A stretch of 64,000 bases of DNA from Promethearchaeota archaeon Loki_b32. GTDB taxonomy: Archaea > Asgardarchaeota > Lokiarchaeia > Sigyniarchaeales > SOKP01. The notes beneath the pieces were generated by a model that searched no databases, was not told the DNA's origin, and saw nothing but the letters and a program-made list of their open reading frames with translations. The stretch spans positions 32,001 to 96,000 of the forward strand of contig NJBH01000004.1 in NCBI GenBank assembly GCA_005223125.1. Direction: 5' to 3'. The translations under genes and the position numbers were made by a program. Of this stretch, positions 41,760 through 50,634 are shown piece by piece (the first letter of the stretch is position 1; the number at the start of each line of letters is the position of its first letter).

Positions 41760-42872
41760 TTATTTTAAGTTTTTCATGAATTCTTTTCTTCGTTCTATTT
41801 TTGATTCTGAAAATTTAGCTATTAGGGTTTTTATATTTCCTTTTGTATTTTCATCAAGTTTTAAGTTTTTAATAATGTTTTTATCTAATGCCTTCTGGAG
41901 TAACTGCCTACCTTTTTCAGTTCGGGGTATTACAGTAGTAAATCTATCTGGGGATCCAAGCCCTCCAAACGAAATATCTGAATAAATATTGGTAAAATCA
42001 ATACATGAATGACAAGCTGGGCGTATATAATTAACTAATTTATTAAAAGGAATATGGATTATCTTTTCTTTTGAGTCTTTATCTTCTAGCTTTAAAATTA
42101 AATCCTCCTTAATATTTATTTTTATAATATCTTCGAATTTTATCTTAAATTCTTTTTCAAATATCTCGATTTGAGATTTTTCAAATAGAAAATTGTGATA
42201 ACAGAATAAACCTAAACAAATCTCAACATGTTCTGAAGGGGTAACTCCTAAAGTCTGCATACATCTTATAGTATAAATTTGACAAGGTGTTCCCACAATT
42301 GCTAACTTTTTAAATTTATAATGACTTAATTGAGGAATTGAGGTTGTATAAGTGCTAAACCTTTGTATTTCATCTACTTGTGGAGATATATTTAAAATTG
42401 TACCCGATGCTTTAATTAGGTCGTCTTTATTCTCTGCCAACATAGCTTCTCGAGAAAATGGACTCTCAGCTTTAGAGACTATTGCTCCATCGATAATTTT
42501 ATTTTCTAATAAGAAATTTAAAAGTGTATTTACCACACCTCCATCTGTCCCATGTTTTAGAAATTCTTTATCCGTACTTTGACAAGAATAGAAATCTTCA
42601 GCAAATCCGTAAGGCATTGATTTAAAATCAGTGAATTGATATGTCTTATTAAGATCATCATCTAAAATATGTGTTTGAGGGCACAAGTAATAACATATAC
42701 CACATTCAAGGCATGCATCCTTATTTATATATTCAGGAGGGGATTTAGGCTCTTTAAAGCCTATTACATTCTCGAATGTTGCCGAACAGAAAGAAGTACA
42801 TCCACCACATTCTTGGCAGATCCCTTTTTCATGAACTTCCTTAATTAAATCTTGAAATGTTTTTATACTCAT
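41760..42872 (-). CDS. FrhB/FdhB family (F420-binding) protein with ferredoxin domain; likely start MSIKTF
   Basis: CQECGGCTSFC, CLECGICYYLCP, DGGVV, VGTPCQ, GLFC, DISFGGLG. Confidence 0.85.
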   Translation of the reverse strand: MSIKTFQDLIKEVHEKGICQECGGCTSFCSATFENVIGFKEPKSPPEYINKDACLECGICYYLCPQTHILDDDLNKTYQFTDFKSMPYGFAEDFYSCQSTDKEFLKHGTDGGVVNTLLNFLLENKIIDGAIVSKAESPFSREAMLAENKDDLIKASGTILNISPQVDEIQRFSTYTTSIPQLSHYKFKKLAIVGTPCQIYTIRCMQTLGVTPSEHVEICLGLFCYHNFLFEKSQIEIFEKEFKIKFEDIIKINIKEDLILKLEDKDSKEKIIHIPFNKLVNYIRPACHSCIDFTNIYSDISFGGLGSPDRFTTVIPRTEKGRQLLQKALDKNIIKNLKLDENTKGNIKTLIAKFSESKIERRKEFMKNLK

Positions 42873-42888
42873 ATTAATAATTTTTATA

Positions 42889-44385
42889 TTACTCCTTTTC
42901 CAATTTGATTGGTTTACAATTTTTTCTTTTGATACCAGCAATCCTTTCTAATAAGGGTTGCCCTGGTTTAACCTCCTTTAAGCTTTTAGATTCTATTAAA
43001 CCTGCTTTAATTGCCTCTTTATAGATTTTTTCACCTATTTTTGTTCTTGTTATTACTGATGACCAGCCACTAGGTGAACCTATTGATCCTACAGAAATAT
43101 CAGCAAAATCGGCTGTTAAATCTTCACAATAATGACAATTATGGCGAGCATAGGACTTAACTTCTTTTAAGGGTACTCTTAGGTCCTCACCAGAATCTAA
43201 GTATATAATGAATTTACCTCCACTTATGTCCATTTTTGTTACTTTATTAAAATCTTTTTGAAATTGTTCTTTAATTAAGTTAAGTACGCCCTCGTAAGGA
43301 AAAGATTCCATGCAGAAAAGTCCTATTCTATATTTGATATTTTTGAAAAATGGTAATCCACTCGGAAACAAAGTACCCTTTTCAATAGCATTCATTATAC
43401 ATGGAGTACCTACAACAGCTATTTTGTCATATTTCTTGGCTTTATCTATAATAGCTAAAGTAGATGCATTTGCATATTTAGTTCCCCCAGTCTTATATAA
43501 ATCTTTCAAATCATCCACAATGACGGGTTCAGGCTTCCATTTCTCTTCTGAGTGCTGTACTGCTACAATTGCGTCAACCAGTTTATTTTCTAATAAGTAT
43601 TGTAAAATGGATGTAACAACACCACCATCTTGTCTTACTTTTTTAATATCATCCTTAGTGGTGCTGGCAGAATAAGTATTGATATAACCATTAATTTTTT
43701 CTGAAAATTTTAAAGATTTATCAAGCTTATTTATACTTCTGCCCGCTTGCTCAATTGAAAATGATTTCGGGCAAACAGAATAACATATGCCGCATTTCAT
43801 ACAAGTTTCATCATCGATCTCCAAAATATCTGCTGTTACTGTAATTGCGTTTACAGGACAAATTGATGAGCACCAACCACATTGACAGCATACTTCAGAA
43901 TCAAACACAATAGAAACAGGTTCAAAAAAATGTTCAATGAAGTCATCAGGCAGATCTTTAACTTGATATCTATAGAAATATTCTTTTTCCTCGACTTTTT
44001 TTTCTTCTCCCTTTATTTTCTTGATAACAGTTTTAGTCTTTATTTCGATATGTTCTTCAATATATCCCTGTTCTTTAAGATAAATTACATCACGAATTAC
44101 ATTTTCTCTAGGAAACTCTTTTAGAATTTTTGCAATTTCCTCTAAAAATAATGGTTCCTTACCTTTTAATGATTCTAACACTAATTTACGCTCTGTTTCA
44201 GCATCGATCATAGCATCCAGAATTTCATAAAACTCCTCCTCAGAAAGTTTTCCTACACTTAGAATATCATTCTTTGCTTCGAAGAAAGCTCGAATTTGAA
44301 AATTCTCAACTGCTTTATAGGTTGCATCCATTAAATTTTTTGGAGATACTCCATTGAAATTTACATTGTTTGAAATTTGAACCAT
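42889..44385 (-). CDS. FrhB family protein with N-terminal helical/winged-helix-like extension and ferredoxin
   Basis: CCQCGWCSSICP, QDGGVVT, GGTKY, VGTPC, GLFCMESF, CHYCED..ADISVG. Confidence 0.85.
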   Translation of the reverse strand: MVQISNNVNFNGVSPKNLMDATYKAVENFQIRAFFEAKNDILSVGKLSEEEFYEILDAMIDAETERKLVLESLKGKEPLFLEEIAKILKEFPRENVIRDVIYLKEQGYIEEHIEIKTKTVIKKIKGEEKKVEEKEYFYRYQVKDLPDDFIEHFFEPVSIVFDSEVCCQCGWCSSICPVNAITVTADILEIDDETCMKCGICYSVCPKSFSIEQAGRSINKLDKSLKFSEKINGYINTYSASTTKDDIKKVRQDGGVVTSILQYLLENKLVDAIVAVQHSEEKWKPEPVIVDDLKDLYKTGGTKYANASTLAIIDKAKKYDKIAVVGTPCIMNAIEKGTLFPSGLPFFKNIKYRIGLFCMESFPYEGVLNLIKEQFQKDFNKVTKMDISGGKFIIYLDSGEDLRVPLKEVKSYARHNCHYCEDLTADFADISVGSIGSPSGWSSVITRTKIGEKIYKEAIKAGLIESKSLKEVKPGQPLLERIAGIKRKNCKPIKLEKE

Positions 44386-44448
44386 ATTTACATCCTTTTG
44401 GATTACATTTTTTAAAAAATTTTATTTTTACTTGAATACTATTTAAAA

Positions 44449-44516
44449 ACCCCTTCCCTTGCGAGGTTGGTCTTCTTATAACTAGAATTTGTTTATAAGA
44501 ATCATTCCGTAGGGGT
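44449..44516 (-). promoter_or_regulatory. eukaryote-type (Loki) SECIS element
   Basis: mRNA: ACCCCU acgg AUGA U-UCUUAUAA acAAAuucuag UUAUAAGA-A GA ccaaccucgcaaggga AGGGGU; AUGA/GA core, 9-bp upper stem, apical AAA, 6-bp lower helix. Confidence 0.85.
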
Positions 44517-44963
44517 AGTTATAACTTGTTTTGCTTCAACTTTCGATTTATCATCTACTAAGTTAAGTGGACTTGGTCCGGCTTTGCTAACCTTTTTGTA
44601 AGCGTCCTCAACAGATTCGACAAATTTCCCAGCATCTCCTCCACTTAACCAATACATATTTATTCTTTGATTTCCGAAACCTCTGGATTCTAAGATCCTA
44701 TTTGCTAAGTCTACATGTCTTTGAGCAGTGAAATTTCCGTTTTTAAATTGACACTCATTAGGTCGTCAACCAACAATCATGACACCATCAGCTCCCGCGC
44801 GAATGCTATATAAAATGTGCTTAATGTCAATTCTTCCAGTACATCTTACTTTGATAATTTTTACTGCAGGAGTGTATTTCATTCGAGAAACCCCAGCTAA
44901 ATCCGCCGCGCTATATCCTCATTTTATGCAAGCAAAAACGATTAAATTATAAGTATTTTCCAT
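44502..44963 (-). CDS. vhuD: selenocysteine-containing VhuD/MvhD (153 aa, Sec15 and Sec66); absent from ORF track
   Basis: [51 protein letters not shown]..; TGA at 44919-44921 and 44766-44768 align to Cys of the two Cys-MvhD paralogs; SD GGAGGTG from the hdrA 3' end. Confidence 0.92.
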
Positions 44964-44969
44964 GTTTTT

Positions 44970-47008
44970 TTAACCACCTCCTAAAAGACCATCAATTTCA
45001 GCGAATAATTGGTGATCTCGATAATATCTGATGTCAATTGCTTGAGTAGGACAACAAGTAGCACAAATACCGCAACCGTCACAATTTATTTCATCAATAA
45101 ACGCTCCGATATCTTCTTCAATTCTAATAGCATTTTTAGGACATTCTTTTTCACATCGTCTACATGAAATGCAGAATTCACTATCTACTTCAGCAGTAAT
45201 AAGTTCAATATCAATTTCTCCTGGTGATGTTACTTCAGCAACTTTACTAGCCGCAGCTCTAGCTTGAGAAACGGAGTAAGAAATATTTTTCGGTCCTTGA
45301 GCAAATCCAGCAATAAAAATTCCTTTTGCCTTTGTTTCTTGTGGCATTAAACCGAAATGTGATTCTGTAAGAAAGCCATATATATTAGTATCAAGATTTA
45401 ATACCTTTACAATCTGTTCAGTACCTTTTGAAGGAAGTGCTGCTGTAGATAAAACGACTAAATCAGCATCAATTTTTACAATCTTATCTGTTAATGACGA
45501 ATATACACGAACTTTCACGTTTTTGGTTTCGGGATCTTCAGAGATTTCACCGACTTTTCCACGAATCATTCTGATACCTGCATCTTTAGCTCGTTCGTAG
45601 TATTCTTCAAATCCTTTTTCAGGAGTTCTTATGTCAATATAGCAAATAGTAATGTTCGCATCGGGAAATTCTTCGAGCAATAAGCGTCCATTTTTTAGAG
45701 CAAGCATACAGCATACACCACTACAATAGGTTCGTTCAGTTTCTCGACTTCCTACGCATTGTATAAATACAATTTCTTTGGGTTGTTTATTATCTGAAAG
45801 CCGGTGTACATGTCCTTCAAGTGGTCCATTCGGAGCTAGTATTCGTTCTAATTGAACTTGAGTTATAACATTTTCGAATTCTCCATACCCATATTCACCA
45901 AAAGGTTCATGTATGTCCCAACCAGTTGTTATAATGATCGTACCAACTTCGATATTGACTTCCATAGGTACTTGACTAAAATCAATGGCATCTAATTCAC
46001 AGGCATCTACACATGAGAAACATTCAACACAAGCATCTCGGTCAATATCATATAAAAACGGTACTGCTTGACCAAATGGTATATCAATTGCTCTTCGAGC
46101 TCCTAAATGTTCATCGAAATAATTACTTACATATACGGGGCAAACCTCACTGCATGCACCACACCCATTGCATTCGTCTGTTGTATATCGCGGTTTTTTT
46201 TCAATTGTTACGTTATAATTACCAACATAACCCTCGATTTTTTTGACTTCACTATAGGTTAATAATTCAATGTTCTCATTTCTGTTGATATTTAGCATAA
46301 CAGGACCGCAGATTCATATTGCACAATCATCAGTGGGAAAAGTTCTGTCCAATTGAGCCATTCGTCCTCCGATTGTCGTTTTCTGTTCGACTAAGTAAAC
46401 TTTTATACCTTGGTTGGCAAGATCGAGCGCGGCATTCATTCCAGCTATACCCCCACCGACGATTAAAGTGGCCTTCTTAACTGGAACAGTCTTAATAGGA
46501 ATGGGTTCTAAAAGTTTAGCTCTTTCAATACCGCTTTTTACTAATGTTTTTGCTTTTTCTGTAGCCTCTTCTTTACTATCCGTGCACCAATTTTGCATTG
46601 AGCAGTAAATCTGCTTAAAAAAAATCTGCAATGTTCACGGACGTTAACCATCTGAAAGTAATAAGGATTTAAATCTGTTTTAGCAATTGTACCCCGGTAA
46701 ATCACTTCATGCGTACGCGGTGTTCAAGCTGATGCCACAATCCTATTTAAACCTTTTTCCTTGATATCTTCTATTATCTCATTTTGAGCGTTATCAGTTC
46801 ATAGAAAAGCGTTTTTCTTAGAAATTACAATATCATCAAAATTTTTGGTTGCAAACTCTACGAGCTCGTCGCAATCAACCTTAGAACGGATATTAATCCC
46901 TCATTTGCCAAAAACAAGGAAATCATACTTTTTTTGGCAGGCATAATATCCAATCCTTAGCTGTTCATTATCTTTATTAATCTTCGTATCATTCCATTGA
47001 CTATTCAT
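44970..47008 (-). CDS. hdrA: selenocysteine-containing HdrA (4 Sec; 657 aa after removal of two putative introns)
   Basis: TGA at 46901-03 (C-x-U-GINI), 46799-801 (FL-U-TD), 46724-26 (SA-U-TPRTHE), 46314-16 (DCAI-U-IC), all at Cys positions of the paralogs; joins track ORFs 46314..46631 and 44970..46298. Confidence 0.88.
46591..46625 (-). other. putative 35-nt BHB-type mRNA intron (intron 2 of Sec-hdrA)
   Basis: Removal gives GAA CAT TGC AG^T TGG TGC = EHCSWC and restores frame; central helix UUGC/GCAA, bulges AG^A and AA^U, exon-exon stem GUCCGUG/CACGGAU. Confidence 0.72.
46904..46933 (-). other. putative 30-nt BHB-type mRNA intron (intron 1 of Sec-hdrA)
   Basis: Removal gives TGC CAA^TGA GGG = CQUGINI; central helix UGCC/GGCA, bulges AA^A and AA^U, exon-exon stem GGAUAUUA/UAAUAUCC. 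Confidence 0.68.
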
Positions 47009-47467
47009 TTTTTTCCCTCTTTCTTTTTTTCCACCTCTTATTTTTGTGACAATTCAACACTTATTTATGCGCAATAGTAAACATACTTACTGATATATAC
47101 AGTAGTGTAAAAATCTCTATGATAGCATAAATTTTGTAAATTAATATTATATCATTTAGATTTTATTCTTTTTAATATTTTTATTTCTTACTATTTATCT
47201 ATGTAAGCAAATTTTAGGATTGTGATTATAGATTCAAACCAAATTTTATCTTTATGAAAATTTAAGAACAAGAAATTTCGATAAGCATTAGGAAAAAAAG
47301 GGAGAATTGATTATTTTTGCACATTTTAATGAGAAAATTTGAGTTCATTATAAAAAAGAAAATATAAATTTAAATAAATTATAAGAAAAAAAAATTTAAA
47401 TAAAAATCAGATAATAATCTTACCATTAGAAATTTCATTGAATAAAATGTCTTAAAGATGTGAGAAT

Positions 47468-48277
47468 ATGGCGGATGGAATCTTTATAATACGAGGTGGT
47501 TTTTTCGGATGGGAATTTACTCTTAAACTCCTTTACGTTATATTTGGACTTATCCTTTGCATTTATGATTGGAAGAAAAATAAAAGAAAAGATTATTTCT
47601 GGGTATTTATATTTGGGACAATGTTGTATCTTGGATCTGAAATGATGCTATATTTCTTTGGAGGGCGCGTTATGCAGGAAAAGCTTTTATTCGGTATGGA
47701 TATCACTTCCATGGTTTGGCTATGGCTTCCCCTATTGGCAGTGGGGGATGTCGTAATGTTAGCAGTAATCGCTCTATTTTTCGCTGATAGAATAAGAAAC
47801 TCAGAAACGCGAAAAAAGTGGGGAATTCTTTTCATAGTATGGTTAGTTTGTAGAGATGTATTACCATACATAATCCTTTTTGGTTTGGGTTACACATTTG
47901 ACACTATTTCTATTGGAGACCCTCTCATTTATTCTAGAAGAAATATGATAGAAATGGGCACACTAATATCTTTATCAATTCTTGTTGTTATTGCAATAAT
48001 CTGGCTCGTTAAAACAGATAAGAAATCAAGAAAGCGAGGATTATATATGATTGGTATAATGCTTATTCTGATGATAGCATGGAGTTTCGGAGAATGGTTC
48101 TCAGGTCAACGATGGATCGAGGTTGGACCAGAAGAAGGTCCTTGGACTCTTGCTCCCCCTCTCCTACAGTTTGCGATGTTCGCATATGATATAGTAATTG
48201 AAATGGGGCTTTTTACAGTGTGTTTTCTAGCATTTCCCTATTTTTTCAAATTGATAAAATCTGAAAAACAAGATTAA
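47468..48277 (+). CDS. hypothetical multi-pass membrane protein
   Basis: 269 aa with about 7 hydrophobic segments. Confidence 0.7.
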   Translation: MADGIFIIRGGFFGWEFTLKLLYVIFGLILCIYDWKKNKRKDYFWVFIFGTMLYLGSEMMLYFFGGRVMQEKLLFGMDITSMVWLWLPLLAVGDVVMLAVIALFFADRIRNSETRKKWGILFIVWLVCRDVLPYIILFGLGYTFDTISIGDPLIYSRRNMIEMGTLISLSILVVIAIIWLVKTDKKSRKRGLYMIGIMLILMIAWSFGEWFSGQRWIEVGPEEGPWTLAPPLLQFAMFAYDIVIEMGLFTVCFLAFPYFFKLIKSEKQD

Positions 48278-48421
48278 ATTTTCATTTTTTTTAACCAAAG
48301 GTAAGCAAAACCCTTTCTTCATTTAGTAATGCTTTCTTTATGATAAATGAGAAAAATTCTATATTATAATCAAAAAAGGATTAATAGAAATTAATGAATA
48401 ATCAATATAAAAATACGAAAT

Positions 48422-49417
48422 TTATTGATTGAATTTGATAGGACCAGGATGATTGTTATTTAAATATTCTCTATAATAATGAGACTTATTCAATAGGTAT
48501 TTTTGCGCTATTGGTTTAAACATCATAGTAAAGAATCGTGAGAATACAACTTTTTTTCTTACTGCATTAAAGTAATCTTCGAGAGTATACCTTTGATAAT
48601 TCAGAAGTGCTTGACTTTTATCTGTTGTCATAAATCCGCAGTGAAAGCCCCTTCTACTAAAAGCTTCCTCAGGTAATTCATTAAAACCAATCCCAAAAAT
48701 ACCTAACATTTCATTAAGATATTCTCGATATGAAATCCGACATTTGTCTCCACCAGCAATATGCATAACTTCTCCCCAAATCTCTTCGCTTTCCACCGCA
48801 TTAGTAAGCGCGAGACCGACATCTTTTGTATCACAAATTTCAATACATGTTTCGAGGGGCATTTCAAACATTAAAGGATCCATTTGAAGTTTATTCAAAG
48901 AGACGATATATGTTAAGCGAAAGATTGCCCACTCCAGACTAGATTTTTTAATCAATTCTTCGCATATGATTTTTTGTTTTGCATATTCATCGTCATGATT
49001 AGGATTTAATGGATCCTCAGGTGTTATTAAAGGATTCTCGAGTCGATCTCCATAGATAGCAACTGAACTTGTAAATATAAGTTTCGGCTTTTTGGGTTGA
49101 CTTTCCATTGCTCTAATAATATTTGAGGTTCCGCCAATATTAACCGATTCTGCAAATTTAGGTTTTTTATCGGCTAAAGGTGGGATTATCGCCGCGACAT
49201 GAACAACAACATCTCTATCAGAAACAGCTCTTTCTACATCTTTATAATTTCTTAAATCGCCCCAAACAACTTCTACATCTTTTTTATATTTGTTTGCTAA
49301 TCTTTTGTTTCTTTTAGTTTTAATATCAAAAATTCTAATATCATAATTTCTTTTCATCAATTCTTTTAAAGTACTCAATCCAACATTACCAAAAGCTCCT
49401 GTCAATAAAACTTTCAT
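48422..49417 (-). CDS. extended SDR / NAD-dependent epimerase-dehydratase family
   Basis: TGAFGNVG, HVAAIIPP, YAKQK. Confidence 0.88.
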   Translation of the reverse strand: MKVLLTGAFGNVGLSTLKELMKRNYDIRIFDIKTKRNKRLANKYKKDVEVVWGDLRNYKDVERAVSDRDVVVHVAAIIPPLADKKPKFAESVNIGGTSNIIRAMESQPKKPKLIFTSSVAIYGDRLENPLITPEDPLNPNHDDEYAKQKIICEELIKKSSLEWAIFRLTYIVSLNKLQMDPLMFEMPLETCIEICDTKDVGLALTNAVESEEIWGEVMHIAGGDKCRISYREYLNEMLGIFGIGFNELPEEAFSRRGFHCGFMTTDKSQALLNYQRYTLEDYFNAVRKKVVFSRFFTMMFKPIAQKYLLNKSHYYREYLNNNHPGPIKFNQ

Positions 49418-49707
49418 AAATAAATACCTCTAACCTTTATGATTTGATTTTTATATTCTTGTCTGACTGATATTCAGTATTAAGATATATCAGAATCTAC
49501 TATAATATATATCTGAATCTACCATATATAAATCTTTGCATAAAAAAAACAATATAAGTAGAATTAAAAAATACTTTAATATTCGATAATGCTAAGAAAG
49601 ATTGAGTACTCCAAAAAGTTCAATTTAAATTATATGTATATATAACTTTTATATTATTGTGAAAATAACTATAAAAAAGTAAAATAATTATAAATAAGTG
49701 AAAGATA

Positions 49708-50457
49708 TTGATGAGTTTGAGTTTTGAAGATCTGAGAACTATTATAAGTTCTGGAAAAAAGACAGAATTTGCTAAAGCGATGGGTAATGTATTAACAGAA
49801 AAACAGAATAATCTTCCAGATTTTTACGATTTCTATGGTAAATTGATCAAAGAAGATATTATTTTTACATTGAGTAAATGCTATATTCGTTTTAGGAAAT
49901 ATGCACAAAGAATACTTTCACTAGATCAATTAATGGAAATGGATAAGATTCTAATGGAAAATTATGCATTAAGTAAGCATGAACCTATAGAATATTGTTT
50001 TTTAGGATCAATTTATAGAATAGGTGCTACGTGGGCTAGTTCGCTTTTTGGCGTTATATATATCACAAAATTAAGAGTAATAGGATTAGGAATATATCAT
50101 CAATCTTCTGGAGTAAGGGCTATTGCAAAAGCTGTATCCAGTTCGATCTATGACACATCACATAAGGCATTCAGACACTCGATGCAAAAAACACTGGGTG
50201 ATGATTTTTCTGAAGCGGAATTAACTAAATTCGATCATTTCTATCCTATTATTAATATGTATAATATTAAAAAAAAGAAGGATATCATAGTGTATACAAC
50301 TAAGCTTGAATATGAAAAAAAGGGTAAAACAAAGACAATAAAATTAACTATTAAATTAAAACCTGAAAAAGAGAAAAACGAAGATAAAATAGCTTTTACT
50401 ACAAAAAAGGAAGACCTTCTGAATAAAATTGAATCTTTCCTATTATCTTATCAGTAA
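49708..50457 (+). CDS. hypothetical protein
   Basis: 249-aa ORF; no recognisable motif. Confidence 0.55.
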   Translation: MMSLSFEDLRTIISSGKKTEFAKAMGNVLTEKQNNLPDFYDFYGKLIKEDIIFTLSKCYIRFRKYAQRILSLDQLMEMDKILMENYALSKHEPIEYCFLGSIYRIGATWASSLFGVIYITKLRVIGLGIYHQSSGVRAIAKAVSSSIYDTSHKAFRHSMQKTLGDDFSEAELTKFDHFYPIINMYNIKKKKDIIVYTTKLEYEKKGKTKTIKLTIKLKPEKEKNEDKIAFTTKKEDLLNKIESFLLSYQ

Positions 50458-50634
50458 GTTCAACTATGTTTCGCAAGACGATGCTTGTAAAAGATTAATC
50501 TTAAAGTTTTAATGAATATTTTTGGATTTAGTTTTGCATTGATAGTATTTTTTCAAACATGGTTTTTTGGTGAAATCGTGTTATATTTGCTATTTTTTAG
50601 AATACCTAATCTCTTTTATCTATTCTATATTGAA

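Noticed and set aside
43310-43675. Antisense ORFs in the track (for example 43310..43675, 56644..57123, 4540..4779, 10122..10367)
   Set aside because: They are shadow frames opposite well-supported genes and have no motifs
46314-46631. Track ORF MQIFFKQIYCSMQNW as an independent gene
   Set aside because: Its N-terminus is intron-2 sequence and the rest is the middle of HdrA, continuing through UGA into 44970..46298
46700-46822. Small hairpins beside Sec codons 2 and 3 (AGAAAA/UUUUCU; GCGUACGC) as recoding elements
   Set aside because: Too short to distinguish from chance without covariation data
44502-47008. Interpreting the fragmented hdrA/mvhD region as pseudogenes
   Set aside because: All six internal stops are TGA at conserved Cys positions, a SECIS follows, and the only frame break is repaired exactly by a structured insert
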